A program made the translations under genes and the position numbers. The notes beneath the pieces were generated by a model. It was not told the DNA's origin. It worked only from the letters and a program-made list of their open reading frames with translations, and ran no database searches. 64,000 nucleotides of DNA from Catajapyx aquilonaris (Eukaryota): contig KZ538431.1 of assembly GCA_000934665.2 (NCBI GenBank), forward strand, positions 1-64,000, in the 5' to 3' direction. This document shows positions 38,074 through 50,600 of the stretch, in pieces; the stretch's first letter is position 1; each line of letters opens with the position of its first letter.

Positions 38074-39091
38074 AACTATTTTTTCTTATTTTCTTCAATT
38101 CAATGTTTTTAGTAATCTTTCTCATAATTTCTTAATGCGTCCTTCGAAATGATTGCCATTAAAAGTAGGATTAAGCTTCTTGAGATCTGAAACCCAATGA
38201 CCTTTTGCATTAGCAGTCGCTAATCTACTCCCGTAATTGGGGGTGGAAAATAAAACACCCCCCACTAATTATCTCAAGTCCAGAATAGAACCGGAGAGGT
38301 GGCAGAGGAAGAAGAAAAGGTACAGAGGGGGAGGTGGGGGGGAAGAGAGGGCGGGGGGTGACGTCACCAACTTGATAAATCACCCGCGGCGAAGCCGAAT
38401 TTATGGCCCGTGCCTTGCTCCAGCGCCGGCATTGACTGCCAAGGGATAATGGGACTCTCTGGTTAACCTCGCCCATACATCAAAACGGCATAATCAGTTA
38501 CGGAGGAGACGGGCTGGGATAGGAGAGAGAAAAGGGGGGAGGGGGAGGGGGGGAGTGTATATATAGGGTGGGTGGGGGTGTATCAGAGAGGTTGGGAAGA
38601 GGTGTCGTGATCTCCATCAGGGATATGTCATGAAACCCTCCCGCCGCCAATGATTCCGCTGGGATTTTGGCCCTAGTCCGTCAGTATCCATCCGTCCTCT
38701 CTCTCTGTGTGTGGGTGTATAGTCACACACAGCACAGAGAGAGAGAGAGAAGAGGGGAGGAGAACTAGTAACCCGGAGAAAAAAGGTATATATACCAGGA
38801 GGAGGAGGAGGATGGGGAAAGGGAGATAGATGGGTTCATCCCAGGGTCTCTTATATCTGCCGATTCCCAAGGCGAGGGTAAAAGGAGGCTGAGTGCAGCG
38901 CGAGTCATCATTGGGGGGGATGACTAGTGGAGGACACTGCGTTTTTGGCACCAGGGGGATATAACCGATCAACCGTGACCTTGACAGCACAGGAGGATGA
39001 AAAATATATAAAGACCAGTAATTCAGAACGATTATTATCCAGCTGCTATAGTATCAGGCCGAACTGCATCATTTAAGTTCATGCAGGTATA

Positions 39092-39460
39092 CCGTCAATT
39101 GTGGGGGATGAGATTGTGCCAGGTGGGATGAGATTGTGCCAGGTTGGGTGAGATTGTGCCAGGTTGGGTGAGATTGTGCCATGTGGGGTGAGATTGTGCC
39201 AGGTTGGGTGAGATTGTGCCATGTGGGATGAGATTGTGCCAGGTGGGATGAGATTGTGCCAGGTTGGGTGAGATTGTGCCATGTGAGGTGAGATTGTGCC
39301 AGTGCATTTTTGGACAGCAGTGCGTCCTACTGGCAGCAAGTCCATTTAGGCATGTTTCACTACATTGAGGGATGGTCAAGGTTGGCAATGACGAGTAAAA
39401 TTCGCAGTAGTTTGTCTAAATAAAATGCGCTGGCACAATCTCACCCCCAATAATTTACGG
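39092..39460. mobile_element. MITE with CCGT termini (Tc2/pogo-like) carrying a TIR-derived minisatellite
   Basis: Left end TA|CCGTCAATTGTGGGGGATGAGATTGTGCCA matches right end TGGCACAATCTCACCCCCAATAATTTACGG|TG. The match continues inward past the array: AGTGCATTTT (39301) pairs with AAAATGCGCT (39422). Confidence 0.8.
39101..39301. repeat. Minisatellite of 10 x 20 bp with invariant core TGAGATTGTGCCA
   Basis: Ten units of exactly 20 bp. The 13-nt core is invariant and the 7-nt G-rich part varies (GGTGGGA, GGTTGGG, TGTGGGG, TGTGGGA, TGTGAGG). Confidence 0.97.
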
Positions 39461-40879
39461 TGTGTGACAGAAATGGGCTCTGGAAATTTTCTGTGGGATC
39501 CAAACAAATATTAGGGTCATATAGGCACCTTATCTATATGGATCCAGGGTTGGTTATGTGGAGAGGTTTGGCTCTACTATGTCCGGATCGTGTGATCAGG
39601 TATTGATAGAAGCAGCAGGCAGTGGAATTATTAACCTGCAAGCACCGAGCAGTGGCAGGGCATGAGTTTATCCTCCGTGCCCAAGCCCGTATGTTACAGC
39701 AACCTTGTAAAGAAACATTGCGCCTATACATTCAATGGCAGGGCTGTCTATACAGGAGCGCATTAAAAATGGAGGCCTTCCCGAAGCCTTAGATGGTTAT
39801 CTGCCGAAGTGTATAAGTCTTGATGCGTCCTAGACGGTGTTAGGATTTCGGGACAGGCCATTTGGCCGCTGCCATCTCATTCTTTTCACAAAGCCTCTCG
39901 AGCGACGTAAAATGCATTAGAAAAACGGGCCCCCCTCCCATTTTTCTATTCTGCCCGTTCACTTGGTACGTTTTTCTAATAACGTTTCTCTCCCATCGCC
40001 TGGATAAAAAAAAGAAGAAGAAGAAGAGAAGAAGTGAGGGTAGAAAATTCGTTTCCAGCATCACCCCTCTTCCCAACCAAACCCCCTCTTTTTCTCCGAC
40101 TCTTTCCCTCTCTCCCCCTCTCCCTTTTTTTCCTTTTTTCCTCCCCCCCCCCTCCCCTCCTCTTTCGCAGCATCCCAGCCCAGAAGCTCGTAAATGAAAC
40201 CGTTTCAATTGATCTTTGTTTTCTTCCCTGAAAATCGGTTCTCATCTGCCGAAGAAATTATAGCTCTTGTCACGGCTGTTCATTTGTAGATGGAGTTCGA
40301 TCCCCTGGAGGTCTCTCCAATCACGAGCTGAGAAAATTGCTTATCTCACCAGCCAATGGGGGAAGGGGAAACAATGCATACTTCACTGCCGCCTGTCTGG
40401 GGAAAGGATGTGTCAATTACGGAAGCTAAAGTTAATGCTCCCGGTAATCAACCGCGAGCAAATAATTTTTCTCCACCCGTCTATTTGTTTGAACTACTCG
40501 GAATAATAACGAGCCTTTGTTTTACGACCATACGTTTATTTCCAAACTTTTTTTTGTGTGTTGGTGTGTGTGTGTGCGTGCGCGACGAGGGAATATATAT
40601 AGAGAAGAGAAATACGGCGGATAAGGGGAAGGGCTTTTAGTGATGCATTTGGAAACTGTCATCGGGACAGTTAGTCACTTTCCCTGCAATATTTCTGAAG
40701 CCAAACGAAATGGGGCTTTATCTCTTTTTGTTTGTGTGTATCACTTTGAAGAAACTGTCGTATAACTGTCGACTTTTAAATGCTACATGTGATTACAATC
40801 ATACTTCCTATAACAACAGGTTTATATTGCGAAATATTGCCTATAAGATTGTTTCGTAACTGTAGATACATTTTTAACG

Positions 40880-41039
40880 AGCGCAACCGAGTGCGCACCC
40901 ACACTCGCGCAAGTGCGTTGTTCCGGCAACAACGTAGGTAGCCTTGGCATCATCGCAAAAGTCGGCCATATTGTTACCCCCTCAAGCGCTTAGTGTCGGA
41001 AACAATTTGCGCAAACTGTGTTGCGCACTCGGTTACGCT
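40880..41039. mobile_element. MITE-like element (160 bp)
   Basis: AGCGCAACCGAGTGCGCA pairs with TGCGCACTCGGTTACGCT (17/18), and degenerate pairing extends to about 45 bp. No unambiguous TSD. Confidence 0.7.
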
Positions 41040-42156
41040 AATTTTAAAATTTTATCCATATGTTCTGTTAGACAAAATGATGGGGAATATCTTTGTTTGC
41101 TGTTGCATATGAGCGGATATGACGTTCATTTAGCAGTTTCTTCCCCTTATGTAACATGTAGGAGTCGGTATACTATATCTGCTTGGCAGTGACAGCGCGG
41201 CAACCTCCTTAAATATTTCACGATTCATGCCGGTCCTAAAGCCGCCTAGTTAGGCACAAATCCTTCTCTTTGATTACGTGGGTGCATATGGAAGGTTCGT
41301 AAAACCGGCCGAAGCCATAAGTCGTTAAGCAAATTGTCTGCTCCATTTCCGACACACGCGTAAAATAGCCGCGCGAGCTCGTTATATGATCTTATTAGGC
41401 CTATCAAGTCGGTCCATTAACGCCTGCGGATAATTCTGTCACTCAGCACCCAAAACACTCATCCGCAGGGTTTTAATGGCGCCTGATATTGCAGGAAGTC
41501 CTGTAATTGCTATTAAAAACTGCACAGGGTGCCTCGAAACACGCTGTGCCGAGATGGGTTTCGCCTGAAGCCGGTTTTAACCCTCCATCACAGATCAGAT
41601 CAAACTTGTTTTCACCTCATAATTCTATTTTAAATTGGGACTTGAAATTATAGGCCTGCTTCAGCATGTATTATAGACTAATAGTAGCCAATTTGAGAGA
41701 GTTATATTTTCAGTGTGCAAGGCGCGTTAGGAAAAGAATGGAAAGCCAGTAGGTGCCAACAATAAAACTTTCTTCGTCCAATCAGAAGCTGAGTTTTTTT
41801 CCTAATTAGAATACATTTTTCCCTACATTGTTAGCCTGATTTAATAATTCCATCTTTGGTTGAACGAAAGATGTCCGCTGCTAATATCCCCTGCTGGACC
41901 AGGACTCAATGGGCGACAAACCAACTGGGCCTAAATTTCCTCCAGCGTCCAGCTGAATATTATAGCTATATCTTGAACATAATTTTTTACTATAAAACCT
42001 AACATGTTTTCTATACATCTCATATTAATAATACAGGAATGAAAATCCTACTCTAGAATATTTATATTCGAACCTGTTAATTCTGATTTCTTATCCTTGT
42101 TCATTTGCCAGCCGTTTCTCCACTCTTCAAAAAAGCAATGTAACGGATTATGATTT

Positions 42157-42159
<3 letters not shown>

Positions 42160-42217
<58 letters not shown>
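42160..42217. repeat. (TAA)19 microsatellite
   Basis: Perfect 58-bp trinucleotide run. Confidence 0.98.
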
Positions 42218-43475
42218 CCATTTAGCCCCTTAATCCAGTTTTAGTACTGTGCCTTGACTGTTATTTTTCTTCAATTTTTAAAATAAAAACAGTGGTGTCT
42301 GTGGTGCGTATGTAGCTCATATTCTGGCGATATGTAAATCCCACAAATATTAAATGGAAGGGGAACATCTGGTCTCCTCCAGCATCCGTCAGCATCCGAA
42401 TGCACCTGTGCTTGGGTTGCTGGTGGGGGTTTTGGTCCCGTCCCCACCTGTTTCCGGAGGCCCGTTTTCATGATCACTGCCCATGAATTGGGTGGTTGAA
42501 ACCGCAGTTAACTGGGCCCCTGCCATTCATGGCTCCAGAGGGCCCATGAAACAGAAGTTGCCGTGACGGGCCCAACTAGGCTGGAGGTGGGGAGGAGGTG
42601 GGGAGAGGAGGAGGAGGTTGGGGGGGCTCCGTCCATAACCCCACGGATAGTGTGGATGCGGTGGCGAATTAGGGCTCCCACAAGAGCCTTTACTAAGTGG
42701 GGGATGATAAGACCTATGTCCTTGCTGAAAAGGGGCTTATCTGTTTCGCTCACTGCCTGCCTGCCTCTGCTGTGCCTGGGCCCGGGTCGTGGTGGTGGGT
42801 GGCGGGGAACACAACCCCCCCTCCCCTTTTCACCATCATCTTATCTGGAGATAATGGCTGATTTGGAGCTATAACTCGCCAAGGATACGAGTGCCACGGG
42901 GACTGAGAGGGTTGGGGGGAGGAAAGGGGTTGTGTTGTGTGTTGTGGGGAAATAAAGGGGGACACCCACCCACCCACGCCAGATTAAACAAATTGGGGGG
43001 ATTTCCTCGCGTTTAGGTTCGGTGTTATGCACTCAATATCAGAGGGAGGTCACCTGGCATTGTGTTGGGGACGGAGAGATTTGGATGTGTTTTGGGTTGG
43101 AGTGTTAAAGGGACGGGTCACTGTTTTGCGAATTATGTTGAGTAGCTAAATGTGGCGCTTTTAAAAACACGTTTCTGCCAAATATGTCAAAGTATGAATG
43201 CCGAACGTCTAATAAAAATGTTAGGACATAAGGAGGTTAAACGTTTTACAAAATCGAATGCGTAGAAGCAATATTAATTTCTTATTATATCAGTCAAAAT
43301 TTCTGTCGTCAACATTTTTACGACAAAATAACGTTTTGTAATTTTCTTGCTTTTAGCATCAAACCCTTGTGCACCTATGACGCACTGAACAAGGGTATTA
43401 TTATTATTATTATTTTCACAAACAAAATAAATTTATATTACCGGTATTAGTCTGTATATTTTTAATATGACATTT

Positions 43476-43516
43476 ATCGTACACTTATCTTACATCATGT
43501 ACGATAAGTGTACGAT
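43476..43516. repeat. Short hairpin (19-bp stem, 3-nt loop)
   Basis: ATCGTACACTTATCTTACA-TCA-TGTACGATAAGTGTACGAT, with 18/19 positions paired. Confidence 0.8.
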
Positions 43517-44544
43517 TAAGGCTTCAAATGCTATTCTGATTAATGCCGTTCTCGGTCGTGTAACTTAAATGTAAATACATTTCCTCATATTTTACCAACG
43601 ATCGCTATTAGACCTACATGCTTTCAAACTAATAGGATTAGTACTGCACAATAATAATTATAAACGGAAAGGACTGGGGTTTGGAGAAAAACCAGACAGT
43701 GCAAATGCTATAAATTGGGCAGGTCCACTCTAGTTCCAGCACTATCTGTAAGGTGAAATCCCTGGGTAGGAGTAAAATAATAACGATGCACAAAAAAATG
43801 ACAAAAAGCTCAAACATCCAGAATGACTGTTGCAGAACAAAATGATTAAGTACTTTATATCACTTCATGCTACCTATTCCAACCAGTGCATATTGCCGCC
43901 CCTTTTTATTACCCCCAGGAGGCTATACTGTGGAGTCATCATTTGTGTTTGACAGTTGCCACTCATGCTCTGCCTACCGCCTAGTATCAACATCTAGCAG
44001 TTTTAATTATTTGATCTGGCCCATAAACCGATGAAATGTGCTTTCAGATGTGTGGTGTGAAGCAATATGCGCCGCCGCATTTGCACCCTGTACAGAGAGA
44101 GAGAAATATCCCGGGGAGTGTCTTATGTTTTCGCAAAACTATATGGCCCATAGCGATCCCGTTTGTAATATACCGGATAGTTTCATACAGTAATGGGTAA
44201 ATTAGCAATGGAACTGCTTTGGACCGAAACCTGCATGCAAATGTTGACACAGCGTGGCCCGATTTATAAATAAGCCAGCGAGCGGTTTGAATTATTCTGG
44301 ATTCTACAGTGCATCAATCTTGAATTTAAAATGCATTAGTTGGAACATCATTGAACATGCAGCATCATCAATCATTAAGGCTGTCTTTGACTTAGAGTAA
44401 GATACACGAGGCCAACAAACTTTGAGTTAAACGCGGAGTGTTGTAATTAAGTTAATCTCAAAATTATTCATTCCCCCAAAAAATTTAAACCACAAAACTC
44501 GTTTAAATTGTTTCACTTCTTTCGCTTCATCCTGCCACGCCGCT

Positions 44545-44652
44545 AACCTATGCGCCTCTCTCGTTTAACAGGTCGACTGACTTACAGGGGCAAATGAATA
44601 CCTTTGAGAAAAAAGTTGCCCCTGCAAGACCGCTGACATGCAAAACGACAAG
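44545..44652. repeat. Degenerate foldback related to the repeat at 5161
   Basis: CTTACAGGGGCAA pairs with TTGCCCCTGCAAG (12/13), with weaker pairing out to about 36 bp. Shares a 17-mer with 5161. Confidence 0.55.
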
Positions 44653-47600
44653 GGAACAAAAACATTGCTGTTGTTGGTTAGGATGGTTTAGTTCGTCACC
44701 TTGTATACCTGAATAGTAAAATCAGAACTTTTATGCCACGCAATGTACTGCAGACGGACTCTTAGAAAATAACAATCCTAGTTGAATGCCTCCAAAACGA
44801 AACACATTCCGCTCCATGACACATTTTTTTTTAGAAATAACTTACATGAAAATTCTATTTAATATTGCCTGAAAAGGAACATTGAAGACGGAACACTTCA
44901 GATTGCCTTGAAGCGATCTCACCGTATTGGATGAAATATTGTACAACTTGAATTAGCAGTTTGACATAAGGCGCTCCAGACATTTAAACCCAAAACTGTT
45001 AATTAATGCCTTCTTCCTGAGCTGTCACCTAGAAGGCACCAAATGAGCTGCTAAAATTATATTAATATTTTGAAGAGGCCTAGTACCGGGTAACCAGCAA
45101 ATAATAACAACCACCGGTCATCAGAGAAAAGTTGTATGTCACTGAGAGCATTAGAAAAATTTACTGCTTAATTTTATGCTCGTCAATTGTAAAGAGATAC
45201 AATTTTCTGACATGCCGAGGAATTATTTCGTTTCAGTACAGCCCTTTTATGTATGAATTGCAATGAAAAGGATGAATAATGCGGGAACGTCTGGAAAATC
45301 AGTGCCGCGCTCTCTCCGGGGCGGCAACAACTCCCGGATTTCAATCCTCCAACTTGGCCATTAAATTCGGTTTCAGCTTACATGTCACACACATTAATGT
45401 TTCGTTAGAGAAAGAGTTAAGCTGCGCAGTTAGGATGCAAACACTTAAGCCCTCCTGACAAGCGGTAATGTAATTTTGCATACATTTGTGTTGGGTTGAA
45501 AGTGACTGGGAGCAGCCCACCAGCAGCCCCAGCTTTTGCCGTGTGCCACAAAATTTTCACCCCCTGTTTGGTGTGTGCAAAGTGTGCGAGAGAGAGAGAA
45601 AAAACAGGCCAGTTTTTTTAATTTAAAAATAAAGCAGCTAGATGAAAAAAAAGGAACAAGCTATGTAGGAGAAATGACGCTTCTCATATGGGAGGTATTG
45701 CGCTGCTCCACCTCCCCCCAAAAAAGTGCCTAAAATTTAACACCTGAAAATGGCAGAGGTCGTGCATCACCTGGAGATAATGCCTATAGTTGCAATTCTG
45801 CATTAATCCCTCCAAAACTATGGCGCCCAGTTTTGAGGAGCTAATTGCGGGGTCCACGCAGCAGCGGAGGGATATCCGAGCCCACACTCACAATTAGGAG
45901 AAGTGCCGGTTGTTGCGAATATTTAGGGACTTATTAGTATAATTTATTTCGTCGTTTTCGTCTAATTAGTTACGCATTCTCTTTGCCTACCCAGCCGGTT
46001 TTACCCTCCCTTCTCGCTTTTCTCTCCCCCCCCCCTCCTTTTTTTCCACCCCCCCTTTACGTGCCTGCCTCCCCCGTTTTCTCGTCCTTGCTACATTAAT
46101 GGGAGCTGAATGGCAAATAAAGAGAGAAAGAATTTCCTCGCCCAGAAATCGAAAGGCAGCTACTTAAGGATAATAAAGCCCTGGAATAATTCGACTACGT
46201 TAATGAGATACGCAGTAAAGCTCTTGAGTGAAAGCTGTTAGGGGGTTCTACACTTTAAATTCATCCCAGAGAAAGAGTATATATAGAGCTTCTAATTCGT
46301 ATACCCGTCTGTTGCTTTCTTTTTATCTCCTTTTGAAACCCCTGGTTGTAAATGCTCTTCCTGTTTTGTTAGCCTTAAGTGATCAGTTTACGCGCCAGTT
46401 GTCATGACCAGTGATTGAACTGTAATTCCAGGCTGTTATATTTATTGCTTAGTGCGGTGTGGTAAAGTTCGAAATACGAGGCAGTTTCTATCAGTTTAAG
46501 AGTTATGCTTAGTCCGCAGCACAGGCCGTGATGATGCCTCGTTTCTGTGAGAGAGTGAGTTCGGGTTGTTAACCATCGTTTCGAGCCTAAAAAATTTCTG
46601 GGACCGACCCTAATGGAGGACTGGATTATGATTGTAATTAGAGTGTTATTTTCTCTATTTTTGTGGGCGGTAATGCATGGTGGATGGCCACTTTGACGCT
46701 AGACTAATATCATAATAAAAGTGCTTGAATGGTTTTATCAATTATTTTATAGAGTCTCTCACGTAGCAACGGATTTTTTAAGGAAATATAGTTTACAATG
46801 ACGGTAAAAACTAAACGCTCACTGCTTGTTTTCTACTAGTTAATAGCTGCTAGACCGGCTTTTCCAAATTTGTGTTACGATTTTCCGCTTATTTACACAG
46901 TATTGCTGCAATTTCATCGTCTTCTTCGGGGCGTATGAGCGAATAACGAGGATTAGGTAATTTGTAAATAATAGCTATATACTTTAAAATGAAGTATCCC
47001 TAGCTCTTTTTTTTGCAAATGTGTATACCGCTGAAGGGTTATTACTGCCTGAGCTGATAATGTTTCGAATATTGCAATCAGTTCATTAGGCCATGAAATA
47101 TCGTGTGGAACGAATGCCAGTTCAGATGCGTATCGGTTGAAAATCTGGCAGAGGCCTCCCATCCACTCTCATTTACCATCTCACTTTGCAAATGTGGCAA
47201 ACTCCGCAGGAAATTTATTACGCTATGGTGTTTTAAACGGCATGTGCAGCTGAAATGACTTTTTCTATAATACCAACAATAATACCTATATTGCGTCGGC
47301 GTATGTTCGATATTATTTTACAAAGTGGTCCATTAGACTTCAATATTTATTTCAAAAAATATTCAAATGATCATTCTCGGGTACAAAAATATAATATTAT
47401 TACCGTCAACTGCTACATATTAGTACCGGTAGCAAAAAAAATATCAATGTTTTTTTTTCTATTGTGACAACAATGCTGTCTATTTGTGATGAGCTATGAG
47501 GGTAGTTTCACACTCCAGGTGCAATTTACGTCTAATTGCTTCGTGTACCACGTGGGCCACTTTTTAATCCTGAACCAAAGTGTGTTTGAAAAGCCAATCT

Positions 47601-50600
47601 TTTTAAATACCGTGGAACAAATGCATCTCTGGTGCAGCTGCAAGAGAGGAAAAGGTTCGAGCTCTCTTCCCGAGATGGCTCTTCCTCTCGGTCCCTCTCC
47701 GGGATGCATCCAGAATCCGGAAGGGGGTCCGGAGTCCCGGAAAAGCCCGCGGTTTGGCGGCGCACGTCTAGACCACCCCTCAAAAACCAGAAACAACGGT
47801 TAAAGTGCACACAACGGAATAGAAGATTCCGGTGGGGGCGGCATGTTAGATGTTACCAATGGAGGGGGGGAAAAGGGCTGCTGCTGACCAACCCGAAAGA
47901 ATACGGGAGAGAAGGGGATGGGGAAACACACAGAGAAGTGGTCCCGTGGTTTTTGCCGGGCTTCCCAAAGTCCGGATGAAGAATTCATGGTCTCCAGAGC
48001 ATTTAACCTTTCCTTTTTGCCCACTTTATGCTTTTCCCGCGGAATTCCGGGCACAGCAGCAAGGCAGGCGCGGTACAAGTTTATCCGGTGACTCTCCTTT
48101 GTCCAGGGGTTTCAAATCAAATTAGAAGGCCTGCTGATTAGAATGCAAATTGTTGGGCGGATGGAACTGCGAATTACCCGAACTTATGACTCTCCTCACT
48201 GGAGGAAAGGGTATGTAAATCCGGGGGGTCGATATACGGGGCAGCACCCCTCCTGCACATTGTATACGACCAAAGAAAACTCCTCTTGGATGAAGGTAGT
48301 TAGGCCCAATGTAAATTATTATTACTCTAGTTTAGACTACTTGCCATTTCTCACATTATTAATCGTCCCCTTCCGGAGTCATCATTATTTCACAGGGCCT
48401 TCTGAAGTTTCGCAACTTTCATCTTGTCCCCACGGAGCTTAACCCCATTTTTCTTTTTCTAGCGAATAAGCTTCATGACTTGACCTCCAAGGAGATAGAG
48501 AGAGAGAGAGAGAAGACTATGAAAATTATTGCTCAAGTCGAAAGAGCCAAGTTAATTCTGAGGCTGTTGCTAAGCCATAGCCATGGCTCCCGTCGGCCTA
48601 AATCTTAACTGCGGCACCGGCTTAGCATTTAGATAGCAAGGAATTTGATTAGAATTGGAAACGATGGACGCAGACATGCGTCTGTAAGATTCCGCAGAGA
48701 ATGGCGGCTGCCCAGACTCAGGGCTTTAAGCACCAGGCTCACATCAAGTTTGTCTAGAGGGGGATGGGGGGAAGGAAACTCAAAAGGTCTTGGTATAACT
48801 AACTAGAGCTTTCCCTTCTTTTAAGTGCTTGAGGGGAAAGAGTGCCGCTTATTTGGAAGTCCAAGATTTGCATTATTAGATAGTCTTAGAACCACTTGTC
48901 GTATCAGGAGAGATAGAAATAATTGAGTCTCGAAATTGCCCCCCTCTTGGCATATCTAGGCGTATATACGGTCGGAGAATGCGAGCTCTTGCAACACATC
49001 TTAACATAATCCTTGGAACTAAGTTAACTCTTGGGTTGTACGAATAGGAACTCGACTCAAACTATGCCTTCAACAATAGTGTCAATATTTACATGAAGTT
49101 AAGGAATCAACTATGAGCATGATTTTAAAATACAAGTAATGTGCCACTAGGAGGAAAATATGTGGGGTTTCAGATTATTTTCCTTTAGCAACAATTAAAC
49201 AGGTAATTGTGTATTACAGCTTCCTGAAATCGCAGAGAAAATAAGGCTACTTCTATGATATCACCTGCTGATGCTTCTTTTCGGTCAAAGATCACCTTTT
49301 TTTTTGTCGTACCCTGAGGAGTCATGTTCACAACCTGACAATTGCCTTTCCAAGAGGGGAGCGACATAAACGCAGAAAAACGCAATAACTCTCCCATTTG
49401 GCAAAAAAGCACCATTTCTGTGCAAAATTGAACTCTATTAATCCTGACTTGACAAATGTTACAGAAAATGTTGGACGGCCATTGAGAATGGACATAATTG
49501 CAAAAGATATTTTTACTGCAGCTTTAAGAAGTGATTGTTATGCAAATTATTCCTCGCTGTGGACGATATTGTGCATCGAAACATTGTTGAGATGATTTAC
49601 CAAATAATGCCATCCATCCGATTGACTTCATTCATAACAATGTGCAACCAAAATGCGTCTTTTATGCACTTTCTGACTCAAACTAGCGACGGCTGCTTTT
49701 TTTCCCCCTTCCTCGCTGAGCAAATCGCCAGACTGTCACATAAATACGCCAAAAAAGTACTGGCTGCAATTGCCAATAGATGGACCATAAAAAGACGACA
49801 AAACAAGGTCCCCTACCTCCCTCATTGTTTCCCATTGCAAACACCTCCTGAAGCCTGAAGCCGCAGAAGAAAAGGTGCCCGGATAAACAACTCCGGACAC
49901 GCCCGATGGACCTAAAAAAAGGGGGGCGAACCGTGAAGGTCATCTGTGGTGTCACAAACTAAAGTATCTACGCAGATGGTGGCCCTGTATGAGTCAGTTG
50001 GTCCAAACAAGTGAGCAGTAGTGCGGAGGCGGAATTTTTCAGTGACAAAGACAATAGGCGACCTTTACCCATCATCCATCCAGCCTGTGCCTAACCCCCC
50101 GGATTCACAATGGGCAAATCGGGCAAAAATGAGCTGAGGGGGGGGGGGATACAAAAAAAAGGAGAGAGAAAGGGAGGGGGGGCTGTCACAGGGCATTGAG
50201 ACCACCACTTGATAAATCTGTTTTGTGGTCGGTGTCTCTTTTATGTTTTTTAAGCCCGGGTACGCGCGAGGGTTTCCCGAACCAGAAGGATCCTCCTCTT
50301 TACATACATATAGGGGGGGGGGGGGGTGACATAAGGCTGAAATTACTGCCCCCCTTGCCCTTATGTGCTTCAGACCAGTGATCGGGTTACAGGTTTTTGG
50401 TCCACCAGAAAAAAAAGGAGTAGAAATCAAGTGGTCGTGAAGTTTGGAGTGACCAGCGGATTACAATGCTCACTTCAAGGCCGATTGAAAGTAAATAATG
50501 GGCCAATTATTATGGTAATGTTTGGATGGAGTAAAGCCCAGGTTAAAATATAGAACCTCGGTTTTAACAAGAATTGGCGTAGTAACCATTGTTGACAACA

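Noticed and set aside
37514..38125. 203-aa minus-strand ORF
   Set aside because: It runs across a MITE and a foldback, is AT-rich and has no recognisable domain.
39101..39301. CRISPR-like appearance (invariant repeat plus variable spacer)
   Set aside because: The repeat is 13 nt and the spacers are 7 nt and near-identical to each other. There are no cas genes, the context is eukaryotic, and the array is explained as a TIR-derived minisatellite.
39079..39388. Repetitive ORFs (GTISP/AQSHPTWHNL repeats)
   Set aside because: These are translations of the 20-bp minisatellite, which happens to lack stop codons on the minus strand.
40270..40310. tRNA/SINE B-box-like GTTCGATCCC
   Set aside because: No A-box at proper spacing and no cloverleaf.
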